Origin: Candidatus Latescibacterota bacterium
GTDB lineage: Bacteria > Latescibacterota > UBA2968
Direction of reading: 5' to 3'
NCBI GenBank assembly: GCA_965204375.1
Contig: OZ241986.1
Location: 5,536,001 to 5,600,000 of the forward strand
DNA: 64,000 bases
The translations under genes were made by a program, and so were the position numbers. The notes below the pieces were generated by a model. The model searched no databases, was not told where the DNA came from, and saw only the letters and a list, made by a program, of their open reading frames with translations. Of this stretch, positions 38,502 through 48,102 are shown piece by piece; positions within the stretch are counted from its first letter, which is position 1; every line of letters starts with the position of its first letter.

Positions 38502-39772
38502 ATCTCTTCAAAATTAGTCTGGCCTATATTTATCGGCGGAAGTTGAATACATTGCTCAATATGGTTTTGTTGGGGCTTGGAACGGGTATTGTCGTTGTTT
38601 TGTTGCTTTTTGGCGAACAATTTGAAGAGAATTTGCACCGCAATGTTCAAAATATCGATGTTGTTGTGGGTGCGAAGGGCAGTCCCCTGCAATTGATTTT
38701 GTCCAGCGTTTTTCACGTTGATGTGCCAACGGGAAATATACCGCTTTTAGAGGCGCGTGAACTGGCAAAAAACAGAGCGGTTGCACAGGTGATACCTCTG
38801 GCGTTGGGGGATAATTATCGGGGATATCGCATTGTGGGAACGACCCCCGAATACGCCAAACACTACCGGGCGGAATTGGTTGATGGTACTTTTTGGGATG
38901 CACCATACCAGGTGGTCATAGGCGCGCAGGTTGCCAGCGAGACAGGTCTTGCACTGGGTGATGAGGTTATTAGTTCGCATGGTTTGACCGCAGAAACGGC
39001 TTCTGAACAACACGAGTCGCAACCGTTTCGCGTGGTGGGTGTTTTGCAACCAACGGGTTCGATTATCGACCGTCTGTTACTGACTGCTGTTGAGACTGTC
39101 TGGTTGGTTCACGAACCGCATGAAGAAGAGGGCGATGAGCAGGATCACCACCTGGAGAGCCAGGCCGATGAGGATCGCGCGCGCGATGTTCTCGGTTTGC
39201 CGATGGACAGTGAAGCCGATGCCGAGCGCGAAGTTACGGGTCTTTTAATTCGCTATCGTTCACCTATTGCAGCCGTGTCATTTCCGAGGTATGTGAACAA
39301 AGAGACCAAATTTCAGGCTGCGTCCCCCGCATTTGAGACAACGCGCCTTTTTGCATTGCTCGGTGTGGGGTTGGAGGTGGTGCGGGTTTTTGGTGGGGTT
39401 CTGGTATTTGCAGCGGCGTTGAGCATTTTTGTGGCACTTTATAATGCGATGAAAGATCGGCGATACGATCTGGCTATGATGCGTGCTCTGGGGGCAAGTC
39501 GCGGTAAACTTTTTTTTCAGGTGCTTTTGGAGGGGGTTTTGCTTACACTTATGGGTACGGGGTTGGGTTTTGTGCTTGGGCATGCCAGCACTGAGGTGAT
39601 TGGCGCATGGGTGCGCGAGGCACAGCATATAAATTTGACGGGGTGGATTATTTTGTCCGATGAATTCTGGCTCATTGGTCTGGCGCTTGTGTTGGGTAGT
39701 GTATCGGCTCTTATACCCGCGCTTCAGGTCTATCGGACAGATGTTGCACAAACACTGGTGGAGGTGTCGTGA
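38498..39772 (+). CDS. FtsX/MacB-like ABC permease (ZrgC-like) with His/acidic loop
   Basis: 'D.VVGAKGSPLQL.L', 'P.ALGD..RGYRIVGT', 'HEPHEEEGDEQDHH'. Confidence 0.88.
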   Translation: MNLFKISLAYIYRRKLNTLLNMVLLGLGTGIVVVLLLFGEQFEENLHRNVQNIDVVVGAKGSPLQLILSSVFHVDVPTGNIPLLEARELAKNRAVAQVIPLALGDNYRGYRIVGTTPEYAKHYRAELVDGTFWDAPYQVVIGAQVASETGLALGDEVISSHGLTAETASEQHESQPFRVVGVLQPTGSIIDRLLLTAVETVWLVHEPHEEEGDEQDHHLESQADEDRARDVLGLPMDSEADAEREVTGLLIRYRSPIAAVSFPRYVNKETKFQAASPAFETTRLFALLGVGLEVVRVFGGVLVFAAALSIFVALYNAMKDRRYDLAMMRALGASRGKLFFQVLLEGVLLTLMGTGLGFVLGHASTEVIGAWVREAQHINLTGWIILSDEFWLIGLALVLGSVSALIPALQVYRTDVAQTLVEVS

Positions 39773-40302
39773 TGTATATACAACGCACGGTAATGTTTAT
39801 TTTGTTATTTGCTGTGGTTTTGAGAATAGATACTGGCAGTGAGGCACCGCCCTCGTCAACAGACCATCGCCCAGAGCTTCAGGCGTCTCCATTGCCCCAG
39901 ATGATGAAGGGTTCGCTTTGGGAAACCTTTGCGACGGTGAGTTATGATCCCTATGCGCCGACCTTTATACCCATATTTTCCGATACGTTGAAAAAAATGA
40001 ATGGCAAACACGTCGAGCTTGTCGGGTTTATGATTCCGCTGTCGGCCCAAAGAAAACAAACGCGTTTTGTTTTGACTCCGTATTCACTTGGGGGCTGTTC
40101 GTTTTGTGTAGGCGGGGGTGGGCCTGAGTCTCTTGTAGATGTTCACCCGAGCAAACCGATTGATTTTACTTATTATCCCGTTACTATTACAGGTCGTCTG
40201 GAATTGTTGCAAAAAGATCCTTCCGAACTCTTTTTTCGCATCAGCAAAGCCAAGGTGATGGATAAGCGCGATATGAAAAACAATCTGGATAATGCATATT
40301 AA
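39769..40302 (+). CDS. DUF3299 family protein (ZrgD-like)
   Basis: 'NGK.V.L.GFMIPL', 'F.L.P....C.FC', 'V.I.G.L'. Confidence 0.8.
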   Translation: MMYIQRTVMFILLFAVVLRIDTGSEAPPSSTDHRPELQASPLPQMMKGSLWETFATVSYDPYAPTFIPIFSDTLKKMNGKHVELVGFMIPLSAQRKQTRFVLTPYSLGGCSFCVGGGGPESLVDVHPSKPIDFTYYPVTITGRLELLQKDPSELFFRISKAKVMDKRDMKNNLDNAY

Positions 40303-40337
40303 GTGTGTATTTATGAAAAATAAAAAGGAGATAATAA

Positions 40338-40736
40338 ATGGCGCGTTTGAGCTATCAAACCGCAGGTGACAAAATCGCCATTGTTCTTTCAACAATGTGT
40401 GCGGTGCATTGTTTGACATTGCCTGTTGCACTTATTGCGTTTCCGTTGTTGGCAACTACATTTGTTGGCGATGAACATTTTCATGGGTTTTTGATGTGGC
40501 TGATTCTGCCCACCAGCATTCTTGCTCTTGGATTGGGGTGTCGCCGTCATAAAGATCAATTTGTCATTGGCTTTGGTATTCTGGGGTTGTCCCTTCTCGT
40601 CGTAATGGTTGTGGTTGGCCATGATCTTTTTGGGGAAATAGGGGAACGGATGGGGACCGTTTTAGGGTCGGGATTTTTGATCTCAGGCCATATTCGGAAT
40701 CATCATTTATGTCGCAGAGATGATTGTGAAAAATAG
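40338..40736 (+). CDS. MerC-domain membrane protein
   Basis: 'D..AI.LS..CAVHC..LP', 'E.FH', 'G.RRH', 'H..N...C'. Confidence 0.88.
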   Translation: MARLSYQTAGDKIAIVLSTMCAVHCLTLPVALIAFPLLATTFVGDEHFHGFLMWLILPTSILALGLGCRRHKDQFVIGFGILGLSLLVVMVVVGHDLFGEIGERMGTVLGSGFLISGHIRNHHLCRRDDCEK

Positions 40737-40764
40737 GATAAACATGTGAAAGGAGACGTAAAAT

Positions 40765-41217
40765 ATGGAGAAACAAAATCCAATGCGGCTCAAAGTGATA
40801 AGTGTTATAGTGTTTGCGTTCTTTGTTTCTTGCCATGGAGAAAATAAAGAAGATGCACACCACTTGCAACAGGCGGCGGATATTCACAAGGCGATGATGG
40901 AAATTGAAGAGCAATTTGAGAACCAACTGGATAGTCTAAAGTCATTTTCACATCATGCTGTGGAAATACGCGATAGTCTTCAAGTCATTGAAAAAGACTT
41001 TGAGTTGTGGGAAAAAAATGTGGTTGAAGTGCCGGGAGATGACTCGGCGGAGGCCCATGACCACGGCCATGAACACCATCACGAAAAAGAAAATCTACAG
41101 GTGACTCCCGAGCAAATGGTCGAGATCCAGAAAGAGCTAAAATCAAATCTCGAAAAATTGCTTTTGCGATTGCAATCGATTAGACAATTGCAGGCGCGTT
41201 CCTCAGAGGACGAATAG
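40765..41217 (+). CDS. His-rich helical lipoprotein
   Basis: Lipobox FVSC; 'WE...VEVPG', 'HDHGHEHHH'. Confidence 0.75.
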   Translation: MEKQNPMRLKVISVIVFAFFVSCHGENKEDAHHLQQAADIHKAMMEIEEQFENQLDSLKSFSHHAVEIRDSLQVIEKDFELWEKNVVEVPGDDSAEAHDHGHEHHHEKENLQVTPEQMVEIQKELKSNLEKLLLRLQSIRQLQARSSEDE

Positions 41218-41269
41218 ACGTACTGATAGACAACTATTTTGCTCGAGGTAGCTCCATATAGTATTAAAA

Positions 41270-41548
41270 ATGAATTTCTACACCAGACACCCGCTCGTTA
41301 AAACGCTGATGGTCATATTGCTCGTCGGCGCATTTGCCCTTGTCTTTGGGCATGCAGTTGACCATGTTGAACATGACACCCATTGCCTCGTTTGCCATTG
41401 GGTTTATAGCTTTAGTGGTCTTATCAGTGCTGTATTGACTTCTGGTGTATTATACGCCTGTTATTTTTTCGCTTCGCCGAAAGCCACATTATTGTCTCAC
41501 CAGTTTCCCATCTCGCATCAAAGCCGTTCCCCTCCAGTATTTTCCTGA
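41270..41548 (+). CDS. DUF2946/CruR-like regulatory leader peptide
   Basis: Hydrophobic N-terminus, 'HVEHDTHCLVCH' (CxxC), C-terminal 'RSPP' (RAPP-like); lies upstream of a TonB receptor. Confidence 0.72.
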   Translation: MNFYTRHPLVKTLMVILLVGAFALVFGHAVDHVEHDTHCLVCHWVYSFSGLISAVLTSGVLYACYFFASPKATLLSHQFPISHQSRSPPVFS

Positions 41549-41685
41549 ATCTTTCGAGAATAAACGTTGTATAAACCATCTGTCTATGTGTTCTCTCATA
41601 GGGGATAGATATTCTATCGCAATAGCTACTTTACAATTAAATCTGTACAAGTCTTATTCTTTCGCGTAATATTCAGGAGACTATC

Positions 41686-42174
41686 ATGTTTTTTAGAAGA
41701 AATTCGTTTCAAGGCATTCTTGCCGCTGTGGCAGTTCTGGCTTTGTTTGTGATCGGTTGTGGTCGTGACGATCCAATGGCTCACCAGGAAGAGCATTTCG
41801 AACCCGAGGGTCTGGTCATCATAGATTCGGGCAATCGGTTTTTCCGCTATTTTCGAGGGCAGATTGATGCCAGCGGTGGTCGGAAAGATCATCTCGATGC
41901 CCCCCTCAATGAGGAAACACCGCACTGGAGCATCCGTTTTCTGGATGAAGATGGCGATGAGATTCCCCCGCCAGATGATCCCGATTTCAAATTTACATGG
42001 GCGATTGCCGATCCCACGGTTTTGGAAGTTGTTCAGGATGCCGACGATGTCGGCAAGTTTGATTTTCACCTGCGTGGTCTCAAGGTAGGCGAAACTACGA
42101 TTGAGCTCCAGGTCACGCACGACGATCATGTAGATTTTCGCACCATTCCCATTCCCGTGCACGTCGGAGAGTAG
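41686..42174 (+). CDS. Lipoprotein with His motifs and an Ig-like C-terminal half
   Basis: Lipobox VIGC; 'HQEEH.E..G', 'G.T.I.L...H..H.DF'. Confidence 0.78.
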   Translation: MFFRRNSFQGILAAVAVLALFVIGCGRDDPMAHQEEHFEPEGLVIIDSGNRFFRYFRGQIDASGGRKDHLDAPLNEETPHWSIRFLDEDGDEIPPPDDPDFKFTWAIADPTVLEVVQDADDVGKFDFHLRGLKVGETTIELQVTHDDHVDFRTIPIPVHVGE

Positions 42175-42184
42175 TAACTGCTTT

Positions 42185-42223
42185 GCCCTCACCCGGTCTT
42201 TCAGACACAGGGTGAGGGCTTTT
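42185..42223 (+). terminator. Intrinsic terminator-like hairpin between the lipoprotein and TonB receptor genes
   Basis: GCCCTCACCC-loop-GGGTGAGGGC followed by TTTT. Confidence 0.7.
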
Positions 42224-42242
42224 GGTTTATTGGAGGTTCATT

Positions 42243-44444
42243 TTGAAATTCACACCTTCTATTCTAATGGTTGTGCTCTTCTTTTCTGTGATCGGCGCGT
42301 CGGATGAGACGCGTTTGCTCGAGGGATATGTTTTTGATCACAAGACCCAACGCACAATTGGCAATGTCGATATCAAAGTCGATGATGGCGCGGTGGGCAC
42401 GACAACCGATGAACGGGGCCGTTTTGTCTTGCGTCTGTCGGAGGGCGTTCATCGCCTGTCTTTTTTTCGTGTCGGCTATGGATTGGTGAGTCGGGAAGTG
42501 AGGATATCAGGTTCGAAACTTTCCATTCTGTACGTGGAAATGGTTGCCCAGGAAATTGTTATGGATACCATTGACGTGGTCGCTAAAAGTGTGGAAACGC
42601 GTTTTGAAGAATTGCACGAAGCCACGGGCGTGCTTTCTGGAGATGAACTTCAGAAGAAATACAGCCTCACGCTTGCCGAGACGATGAAAAACGAAATCGG
42701 TGTCGCCATCCGCAGCATGGGGCCTGCACCTGCTCGCCCTGTTATACGCGGCCTCAGTGGTGACCGTGTGCAGATCAATATAGATGGTATCGAGACCCAC
42801 GATCTCTCCGCGACCTCTGCCGATCACGCGGTTACTGTCGAGCCTTTTAATGCGGAACGCCTCGAAATTATCCGGGGACCGCGCACGCTGCTTCACACGG
42901 CATCGGCCATTGGCGGGGTTATCAATGTGGTGAAACAGAAGATTCCCGAAGACCATCCGCAGCGCGTTTTTGGCAGTGTTGGTGCTTATGGAGAGACGGC
43001 CAATCGGGGGTATCTCTCCGCCGCTGGAATCACAGTGCCCGTGGGGCCACTCGCGCTGTATGCCGAGACCACGTACCGCAATACCCGGGATGTGCAAACA
43101 CCCATTGGCAGGCTCGCCAATACGCCTATTGACACGCGTACGCTTCTGCTTGGTCTGTCATATCCCACTGACCGGGGGTATATCGGTGCTTCTTTTGATC
43201 AGTTTGATACCCAATACGGCATTCCCGGCGGATTTATTGGCGGGCATCCCAATGGCGTAGATCTGGATATTGATCGCCGGGTATTTGATGGCAAGGCAGC
43301 CTTCCATTTTGATCGCCAGATGCTCAGTAGTGTAGAGATGGATTTTACCAGGACCTTCTATCACCACTTCGAGTACGAATCCAGCGGCAGTATTGGGTCC
43401 GAGTTTTTGTTCCACGACTACCGCGGTGATCTCAAATTGCTTATGAATACACAGGGCCAGACGCGAAATACCGTTCTCGCTCTCGGCTTTGGTCATCACA
43501 ATCTCAAATTGGGGGGGTTTGTTTTTACGCCGCCCACGCGAGAGCAATGCGCTTCATTAGGTCTTTACCACGAATTTATCTATCGCGACATTGAATTTCA
43601 GGCTTCTGCGCGTTATATTTATACCGACTTTGATCCGCGTCCGAGTACAAGGAGTCTTGCGGCTCTCGGTGTAGATCGCACCTTTCACGCCTGGTCCGCG
43701 GCGATTAGTCCGCTTGTGACCATTACCGACCGGCTAATTGGCGGTTTCAATTTCAGTCGATCCCAGCGCGTGCCCAGGATTGAAGAGCTTTACAACCATG
43801 GGCCGCATCTGGCTGCGTACACTTTTGAGGTGGGCAATATCGATCTCGAGGCCGAGACGAGCCTGGGCTTTGAGGTCTTTTTTCACTATTTGCAACCGGG
43901 TGTCGATTTTGTTTTGAGCGGCTATTGGAACGAGTTTGATACTTATATTGCTCCGCGCAATACCGGAGAGATCAATTTTGCCCAACTTCTGCCGATTTAT
44001 GCTTCCGATGGTGTTGCCGCGCGATTTTTGGGTCTGGAGATGCATCTGGGGTGGCGTTTGAATACCCGTTTGAATTTGGAATTAGACGGTAGTTATGTGC
44101 GCGGTGAGAATAGGGATGAGCATTTGCCTTTGCCCGAGATGCCGCCGCTCAAGTTTGTCGGCAGTACGACATATCAGCATCCCTATCTTACGGTTGGCGG
44201 GACTGCGGAATTTGTCGCAGGACAGGAGCGCGTGGATATATTTGAAGATCCTACGGATGGCTATGCTGTTTTCGGTGTGTATGCCCGGCGCGACATTAAT
44301 ACCGATCATACCCGCCATAGTATTATTCTGTCTTTGGACAATCTTTTGGATACGGAATACCGCAACCATCTCTCTCGCATTCGGTCTGTGATGCCCGAAA
44401 CAGGACGGAGCGTTAAAGTGTATTACAAGATGTTTTTCTTTTAA
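42243..44444 (+). CDS. TonB-dependent receptor, ZnuD-like
   Basis: 'GPA.ARPVIRGL.G.RV', 'S.DHAV', 'RGP.TL', 'EELY..GPH.A..FE.G', 'YRNHLS', terminal Phe; TTG start after GGAGG. Confidence 0.88.
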   Translation: MKFTPSILMVVLFFSVIGASDETRLLEGYVFDHKTQRTIGNVDIKVDDGAVGTTTDERGRFVLRLSEGVHRLSFFRVGYGLVSREVRISGSKLSILYVEMVAQEIVMDTIDVVAKSVETRFEELHEATGVLSGDELQKKYSLTLAETMKNEIGVAIRSMGPAPARPVIRGLSGDRVQINIDGIETHDLSATSADHAVTVEPFNAERLEIIRGPRTLLHTASAIGGVINVVKQKIPEDHPQRVFGSVGAYGETANRGYLSAAGITVPVGPLALYAETTYRNTRDVQTPIGRLANTPIDTRTLLLGLSYPTDRGYIGASFDQFDTQYGIPGGFIGGHPNGVDLDIDRRVFDGKAAFHFDRQMLSSVEMDFTRTFYHHFEYESSGSIGSEFLFHDYRGDLKLLMNTQGQTRNTVLALGFGHHNLKLGGFVFTPPTREQCASLGLYHEFIYRDIEFQASARYIYTDFDPRPSTRSLAALGVDRTFHAWSAAISPLVTITDRLIGGFNFSRSQRVPRIEELYNHGPHLAAYTFEVGNIDLEAETSLGFEVFFHYLQPGVDFVLSGYWNEFDTYIAPRNTGEINFAQLLPIYASDGVAARFLGLEMHLGWRLNTRLNLELDGSYVRGENRDEHLPLPEMPPLKFVGSTTYQHPYLTVGGTAEFVAGQERVDIFEDPTDGYAVFGVYARRDINTDHTRHSIILSLDNLLDTEYRNHLSRIRSVMPETGRSVKVYYKMFFF

Positions 44445-44476
44445 TTTAGGTCAGATATGTTGACCCTTTACCTAAC

Positions 44477-44515
44477 GCCCCAGATTAGCAGACTGATCTG
44501 GGGCTTGCTCTTTTT
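44477..44515 (+). terminator. Intrinsic terminator
   Basis: GCCCCAGAT-loop-ATCTGGGGC followed by a T-rich tail. Confidence 0.7.
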
Positions 44516-44574
44516 GAGGTCAAGCCCTATCTTTCCACGTTGCGAATTGTACGATTAAAATTAGGAGCCAGTAC

Positions 44575-45285
44575 ATGCATCATCCCACTGAATCAAAAGA
44601 AAAACTCGATATCCTCGAACACGGCGCGCCTGTTGATGGGGTGCCGCAAACGAGCGACCGGCGGCTTTACATGCAGTTGCAGGTTTTTACGGATGTCAGG
44701 GATGTCGATGCCGTATCTGAGGTGCTCGATCAAAGCGGTCTCGATGTCGCGCTCTATCTCGATGTGCACGATCCCTGCGGTATTGGTATTGTGTTTTTGA
44801 CGGAATCGCCGGATTTATTTGTGACTGATATTCGCGCGTTGCTCAATAGTGATCCATTTTTTGCCTTTACACGTCGTCCTGAACTCACGATGCTCGGGCG
44901 CACGTATGCCACGGGTTACGAGCCGGATCTCGAATACGCTCTTATTGCCCGACCGCGCGATAATGTGCTCAATTCCGAATGGCCCTGGGCGATCTGGTAC
45001 CCGCTGCGGCGCAATGGGGCTTTTGCTCGTCTCGATCACAGGGAACAGCGCAAAATTTTGATGGAGCACGCTTCTATTGGGCGCGCTTATGGACGCGAAG
45101 ATTATGCACACGATGTTCGCCTGGCCAGCTATGGTCTCGATGCCGATGATAATGATTTTGTCATTGGTTTGATCGGTGCAGAACTCTATCCGCTCTCTCG
45201 CGTTGTGCAAGATATGAGAAAAACCCAGCAAACCGCGCTTTATGTCGAGTCGCTGGGTCCTTTTTTTGTGGGGAAAAAACGATAA
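44575..45285 (+). CDS. chdC: Coproheme decarboxylase / chlorite dismutase family protein
   Basis: 'WYPLRR...F..L...E...IL.EH..IG', 'YGLD..D.DFV', 'MR.T', 'GPFFVG'. Confidence 0.75.
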   Translation: MHHPTESKEKLDILEHGAPVDGVPQTSDRRLYMQLQVFTDVRDVDAVSEVLDQSGLDVALYLDVHDPCGIGIVFLTESPDLFVTDIRALLNSDPFFAFTRRPELTMLGRTYATGYEPDLEYALIARPRDNVLNSEWPWAIWYPLRRNGAFARLDHREQRKILMEHASIGRAYGREDYAHDVRLASYGLDADDNDFVIGLIGAELYPLSRVVQDMRKTQQTALYVESLGPFFVGKKR

Positions 45286-45303
45286 CTGTTAATAAGAGTT
45301 TCC

Positions 45304-46050
45304 TCACAACTTTTCCAAAATCACCTTGCGCATCGCGTATGCCATCAGGGGTGGACAACTTATGCCCAGGAGGGCGAGGATTCGATTGGTAGCACCTGGT
45401 ATGATCAGGTGCTTTTTCTTTTGTACGCCTCGAAAGATGTGGTGCGCCAATGTTTCGGGTGGCATGCGTTTTTCTTCGCGTGTGTTGTGCGGGCTGTGAC
45501 GCCGCGCATGGGCTGTGCGCGTTGGACCGGGAAAGACTGTCATGACGTGAATATTCTGCGGCGCGAGAGCGATGGATAAACTGCGTGCGTAGGAGGCCAA
45601 TCCGCTTTTGGTCGCGGCATAAGTTGCAGCACCCGGATAGCTCGTGTAGTGGGAGAGGGAGGAGATGAAGACTATGGACGCGCCTTTTGCTATCAGGTCA
45701 GCATTTAGCAATGCTGCGGTGAGTAACATAGGTGCGTAGAAGTTTACTGCGACCACCTGTTCGTGATTTTCTATGTTTATATCGAAAAACCGCCCCACGG
45801 CGTTGATGCCGGCGTTGTGTATCAATACGTCAATGGCTTTGCCCTGGGTCAGTTCGGGGAGAGCACGGGCGATGTCCGCTTCTGAGCGCAGGTCTGTGAT
45901 GACAAATCGCGCATCCAATTCCCGCTCAACTATTGCCGCGCCCGCGGCATCTATATCAATGCCTGTGATGGCATATCCTTCCTGTGCAAGACGATGGGCG
46001 AGTGCTTTGCCGATTCCATGCGCCGCGCCTGTGATGACCGCGTGTTTCAC
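45304..46050 (-). CDS. SDR family oxidoreductase
   Basis: 'ITGAAHGIG', 'HNAG', 'YAATK'; GTG start overlaps the upstream stop. Confidence 0.9.
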   Translation of the reverse strand: MKHAVITGAAHGIGKALAHRLAQEGYAITGIDIDAAGAAIVERELDARFVITDLRSEADIARALPELTQGKAIDVLIHNAGINAVGRFFDINIENHEQVVAVNFYAPMLLTAALLNADLIAKGASIVFISSLSHYTSYPGAATYAATKSGLASYARSLSIALAPQNIHVMTVFPGPTRTAHARRHSPHNTREEKRMPPETLAHHIFRGVQKKKHLIIPGATNRILALLGISCPPLMAYAMRKVILEKL

Positions 46051-46781
46051 GTTGCTCGCACTATGGCGTTGACTATGCCTTCGCAATAGCGTCCCAAAAA
46101 TCGCGCCCATGCATTTCCCCATCCAATTGTCGCGATAAAACGCCGTCCATCTATCGCTTGTGTGATTTTTTGGGCGACCCTTTCTGCTGACGGAAATCCC
46201 TTTGTCTTTTCGTTGTCCATGCCAATTTTTCGATGCAATCCCGTGCGCGTCGCTCCCGGGTGAATGATTTGTACATTTATGTCGCCCTCGATTTGTAGAT
46301 TGCGCCCCAGGGTGTTAAGTGCTTCTTTGCTCGCTGCGTACACGGCGTAATCCGGACAGGGAAAGGCATGTGTGATTGAGCCGATCAGTACGAGTTTTCC
46401 ATTGGTTTTTTTCAGGTATGGCATCAGGGCGTGTGTCAAGCGCAAGGGTGCCATCAGGTTGACTGCTGCGATCTCTCGAATGCTTTCCGCACTTTGTTCT
46501 GCGATGGTTCCAAAATATCCGGTGCCAGCATTTTGAATCGCCAGGTCTATGGCGTCGATTTTTTGCGCGTTCAGAAATTCACATACCCGTTCTGCACACT
46601 TGTCCTGCGATAGGTCTGCACGACAATATGTGTCTTTGGTGTACAACGCATCATTGAGTGTGTCCAGTGTGCGTCTGCCCACCAGTACTAGCCTATCTTC
46701 TCGCGTCCGATAGATTTTTGCAAGTGCCCGGCCAATCCCGTCTGTTGCGCCAGTGATTAAGACTGTTTTTTTAGATTGCAT
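46047..46781 (-). CDS. SDR family oxidoreductase
   Basis: 'ITGATDGIG', 'QNAG', 'YAASK'. Confidence 0.9.
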   Translation of the reverse strand: MQSKKTVLITGATDGIGRALAKIYRTREDRLVLVGRRTLDTLNDALYTKDTYCRADLSQDKCAERVCEFLNAQKIDAIDLAIQNAGTGYFGTIAEQSAESIREIAAVNLMAPLRLTHALMPYLKKTNGKLVLIGSITHAFPCPDYAVYAASKEALNTLGRNLQIEGDINVQIIHPGATRTGLHRKIGMDNEKTKGFPSAERVAQKITQAIDGRRFIATIGWGNAWARFLGRYCEGIVNAIVRAT

Positions 46782-46787
46782 TTGCTC

Positions 46788-46816
46788 TTGACGCCTTTCT
46801 TTCTGTCATGTACTAT
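46788..46816 (+). promoter_or_regulatory. Sigma-70 promoter of the ATPase gene
   Basis: TTGACG-17 bp-TACTAT. Confidence 0.6.
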
Positions 46817-46843
46817 GCTCCTAACTTAACACAGGAGTTCCAC

Positions 46844-48055
46844 ATGATCCAGCGTCTTGAGACCCTTTATTACCAGTGTTTGCGTCATATCGAACAGGAT
46901 CTCGCGCCTTTTCACATGCTGGTTGGTGCGAATGGCAGCGGTAAAACGACTTTTCTCGACGCGATTGCGTTTCTCGGAGATTTTGTGCGCGATGGCCTCG
47001 ATGCAGCGATTTACAGTCGGGCGAATGATTTGCGCGATTTGACCTGGCACGGCTTTGCAGATCGATTTGAAATTGCTGTTGAATTGTCCGTGCCCGCGCA
47101 CGAATCCAATCTGTTTTCCGATCGGGATTTTTCGCGGTGCCGATACGAAGTCGCCATTGGCGCAACCGAAGAAGACAGTGATGTCGAGATTCTGTCCGAG
47201 CGGGTGCTTTTGCTCACAGATATTCAGCGAGATGATCGCGCTGTTCAAGAATCGCTCTTTGCCGTAGAAGGCCCCACACCGCAAACTCTGGCGACGCCCA
47301 GGCTGCGCGGCGTCAAAACCATTGTCAATAAAGTGCCCGGTGGTAATGATAAATTTTACGATGAATCCGGTGCGGGATGGGATCCTTCTTTTAAGCTCGG
47401 TGCGAGGCGTTCCGCATTGGGCAATTTGCCCGAGGATGAAACGCGTTTCCCCGTCGCTACATGGCTTAAACACACGCTTTCAAATAGTATTTGCAAATTC
47501 GATCTCAACGGAGAACGCATTCGCCGCCCCAGTCCGCCAGGACAACCGCATAATCTGTTGTCCGATGGTGCCAATCTGCCCTGGGTGGTCGCTGCCCTGA
47601 AGGAAAATGAGCCGGATATCTATGCTGCTTGGCTAAAGCTTTTGCGCACTGTTTTGCCGGGTTTATCGGCTGTTTACACGGTTGTGCGTCCCGAAGATCA
47701 GCACTGTTATCTCGTGGTTAAGCACCACAATGATCTCGAAACACCGTCGTGGATGTTGTCCGATGGGACCCTGCGATTGCTGGCTCTAACATTGTTGGCT
47801 TATGTGCCCGATGGCGATGGGATATGTTTGCTCGAAGTCCCGGAGAATGGTCTCCATTCTGGCGCAGTAGAAGCGGTTTTCAAAGCATTCAGTGCTGTAG
47901 CACAGCACGAGGACAAGACGCGTGCCCAAATTTTGACCACTACGCATTCGCCCGTTGTTCTCGACCTGGCTGATCCCGAGCAATTGCTCTGTTTTGTGAC
48001 CACTAAAACAGGTGCTACGGAAATTGTATCGGGGAGTGACAGAGAGTCGAATTGA
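46844..48055 (+). CDS. ABC-type AAA_21/AbiEii-like ATPase, solitary
   Basis: 'VGANGSGKTT', 'LSDGTLR', Walker B variant 'LLEVPENGLH', 'TTHSP'. Confidence 0.85.
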   Translation: MIQRLETLYYQCLRHIEQDLAPFHMLVGANGSGKTTFLDAIAFLGDFVRDGLDAAIYSRANDLRDLTWHGFADRFEIAVELSVPAHESNLFSDRDFSRCRYEVAIGATEEDSDVEILSERVLLLTDIQRDDRAVQESLFAVEGPTPQTLATPRLRGVKTIVNKVPGGNDKFYDESGAGWDPSFKLGARRSALGNLPEDETRFPVATWLKHTLSNSICKFDLNGERIRRPSPPGQPHNLLSDGANLPWVVAALKENEPDIYAAWLKLLRTVLPGLSAVYTVVRPEDQHCYLVVKHHNDLETPSWMLSDGTLRLLALTLLAYVPDGDGICLLEVPENGLHSGAVEAVFKAFSAVAQHEDKTRAQILTTTHSPVVLDLADPEQLLCFVTTKTGATEIVSGSDRESN

Positions 48056-48061
48056 TGGCTG

Positions 48062-48090
48062 TTGACATATATGTAGTCTCCCGTTATATT
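48062..48090 (+). promoter_or_regulatory. Sigma-70 promoter of the riboswitch-purH transcript
   Basis: TTGACA-17 bp-TATATT. Confidence 0.75.
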
Positions 48091-48102
48091 GATTCTACCA
48101 AT

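Noticed and set aside
45304-46781. Tandem SDR genes as one frameshifted gene
   Set aside because: Each has its own complete Rossmann and YxxxK motifs, and a normal GTGA start/stop overlap joins them.
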